Shown here in pieces: positions 61,256 to 64,000 of a stretch of DNA of 64,000 nucleotides; within the stretch, counting starts at the first letter, position 1; every line of letters starts with the position of its first letter. This DNA is from the human T2T-CHM13v2.0 reference genome, Homo sapiens, in NCBI RefSeq assembly GCF_009914755.1, contig NC_060931.1; one strand, 5' to 3'. A program made the position numbers and the translations under genes. The notes beneath the pieces were generated by a model, which was given only the letters and a program-made list of their open reading frames with translations, made no database searches and was not told where the DNA came from.

Positions 61256-62519
61256 TGAGTAGCTGGGATTACAGGTGTGCACCACCATGCCTGGCTATTT
61301 TTTGTATTTTTAGTGGAGATGGGGTTTCACCATGTTGGCCAGGCTGGTCTTGAACTCCTGACCTCAGGTGATCTGCCTAACTTGGTCTCCCAAAGTGCTG
61401 AGATTGCAGGTGTAAGCTACCACCGCACCTGGCCAACAACACTGACTTCTTGCTTGTTCCTTGCCTTTCCATCCCCAAAATCGTTCCCAGGGCCTAGTGT
61501 AATGCAGGGCAACTAGCAACACCTCTCAGGCAGAGCTGAAGCTGTGGAGACCAAGCATCGACCACCTTGGCTAATGCGGCTGGTCTGCCTGGGGCTGAAG
61601 GTTGGGAGGGGAGGAAGAGGTGGCAGTAAGTATAAGATCACCTTCCTCCCTGTGTGACCTTCAAGGGGCAACCACCCTGAAGAAGGTGGGCTACATCTTC
61701 AGTGGAAGGTAAATGACCTGAACAACAAACCCATCTGCCTAGATGACATCGTCACAGTTATAAGCAGTCTGCCTGTCCACACAGTCCGCCAAGCCACCTT
61801 GAGTGTCTCAGGGTTCAAAGGATTCTTGGACCATCCAGAGGACAAGGGGCGGCCCCTCTTCAAAGATCTCTCAGTCTGCTTCAGAAGAAAAAGTCATCAA
61901 AAGATAATGAAGGGCTAAGTGTGGCATGAGTGTTAAACGGGTTTCACAGGCAGTGCATTCTCATGAAGGGAAGCAGGGGAGTAGGGCTCCAGGCTCACAG
62001 CATCCCAGGAGGGCTTCAGGGAACAGATGGGCTTTGGGCCAGGCTTAAAGGATGGGCAGAATGCAGAGTGGGAGGGGTGGGCACCCCACTGCATTCCAGG
62101 GGGTGCTGACCATCAGCAATGACATGGCACTCAAAATAGAGTTTGGGCTAAGCACGGTGGCTCATGCCTGTAATCCCAGTGCTTTGGGAGGCTGAGATGG
62201 GAGGACTGCTAGAGCCCAGGTGTTCGAGAGCAGCCGGGGCAACACAGTGAGACCTCATCTCTATAAAAAATTTAAAAATTAGCCAGGTATGCTGGTGTGT
62301 GCCTGTAGTTCCAGCTACTCAGAAAGCTGAGGTGGGAGGATCACTTGAGCCCAGGAGGTCAAGGCTGCAGTAAGCTATAATCGTGCCACTGCATTCCAGC
62401 CTAGAAATGCAGAGCAAGACCCCAGCTCTTTAAATAAATAAATAAAAAGGTACCACTTCGGGGAAATTGCAGACTCTAAGCTTAAACTCTACTGGCTTGA
62501 TACACATGGCAAAACACTT

Positions 62520-62945
62520 GGTCAGGATTTGCAGTAGAATATCAAAGAACTCACAGGGCAGAGGAAAGCTTCAAATATTATGAATGAGGGAAAATTTCCA
62601 TTCATCTCATAATTCATACTAGAGAGACTCCCAGTGAATGGCACCAGTGGAGGAAAATCCTCAGACGGAGGCGAGCTGTTATTGGAGATGCGAAAATCAC
62701 AGGGGAGGACAAAGCATAGAAGCGCGTGGAACCATGTAACAGCTTGCACCTGAAAGCATCACACGGGAGAGAAGTTGCATCCTCAATGAATGGCGTTCCA
62801 AAAAAGTGCAACCACATCAAGCATCAGACAAGCCATTCTGAGCTCAGTCTTTGCAATGTAATGAATTGGGGGTGGTAATCATTTGAGAAGAAATCAGCCC
62901 TTACTCATCAGCCAATGGTTCCGACTGGAGAGAGGGCGGGTGCTC
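62520..62945 (+). pseudogene. Second, more decayed C2H2 zinc-finger remnant
   Basis: Linker-like pieces: attcatactagagag (IHTRE), catcacacgggagagaag (HHTGEK), caatgtaatgaa (QCNE), EKKSALTHQPMVPTGER. Confidence 0.6.
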
Positions 62946-63481
62946 ATCGTGGATGATGAAGCTCTCGGGGTGCTCCGATCACATATAACAAAGGAGGCTG
63001 CAGAAGGGGCCTGAGGAGGGCTGTCAGGGGGTCCTAAGGGTACACGTGACATAAAACGTTCACAAGAGGAAAACATTTCAGATGAAAGGGGCGAACTTAG
63101 AAAGTGATTTCGGGCCGGGCACAGTGGCTTGCACCTGTAATCCCAGCACTTTGGGAGGCTGAGGTGGGGCAGGGGGAGGGGAATCACTTGAGGCCAGGAG
63201 TTCAAGACAAACCTTAGCAACATAGCAAGACCCCATCTCTACCAAAAATAAAAAATAAATCCATAAAAAATTTTTAAAAGCTTTTTTTGGAACTTGTCCT
63301 CTTAGAACCAGGAATGGCTGTGGGGAACGCAGATACCCTTCAGAGGAGTTTGCTCAGAGGACACAATTGTGCACGTGTGATCCTTGGGGCGACTTGCAGG
63401 GGTACCCTTATGCCATGCACAAGAATCCAGCCCAGCAGTTCTCAAAGTTTCCTTTTCCCACAGAGCTATACATTTTCTTTA

Positions 63482-63982
<501 letters not shown>

Positions 63983-64000
63983 TCATTTGAACCCAGGAGG

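Overview
Human (or very close primate) genomic DNA; no bacterial-type systems. Bases 1-~26.1 kb hold the AT-rich 3' half of the intact septin 7 gene (SEPTIN7, + strand). Seven GT-AG coding exons (93+97+52+126+136+140+40 nt) splice in frame to IMKEIQEHK...RTLEKNKKKGKIF*, followed by a long 3' UTR with several AATAAA signals. At ~29.25 kb an MLT1 LTR is fused abruptly to a 5'-truncated, internally deleted HERV-K(HML-3)-like provirus with its 3' MER9-type LTR. From ~35 kb the sequence is very Alu-dense and contains a U6/Alu chimeric retrocopy, an L1PA/Alu fusion and two heavily decayed C2H2 zinc-finger arrays. Nearly all ORF-track entries are Alu or microsatellite artefacts. The most notable signals are an in-frame 21-nt microexon candidate (YDTVEGM), an in-frame upstream acceptor in the last intron that would add a ~30-aa hydrophobic segment before the polybasic tail, a 68-bp inverted copy of the nearby LTR inside a TA/CA microsatellite, a near-perfect 87-nt hairpin just past the distal poly(A) signal, and a 41-bp x3 E-box repeat. 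Repeat family names come from recognition of consensus sequences, not from a database search, and repeat boundaries are approximate.
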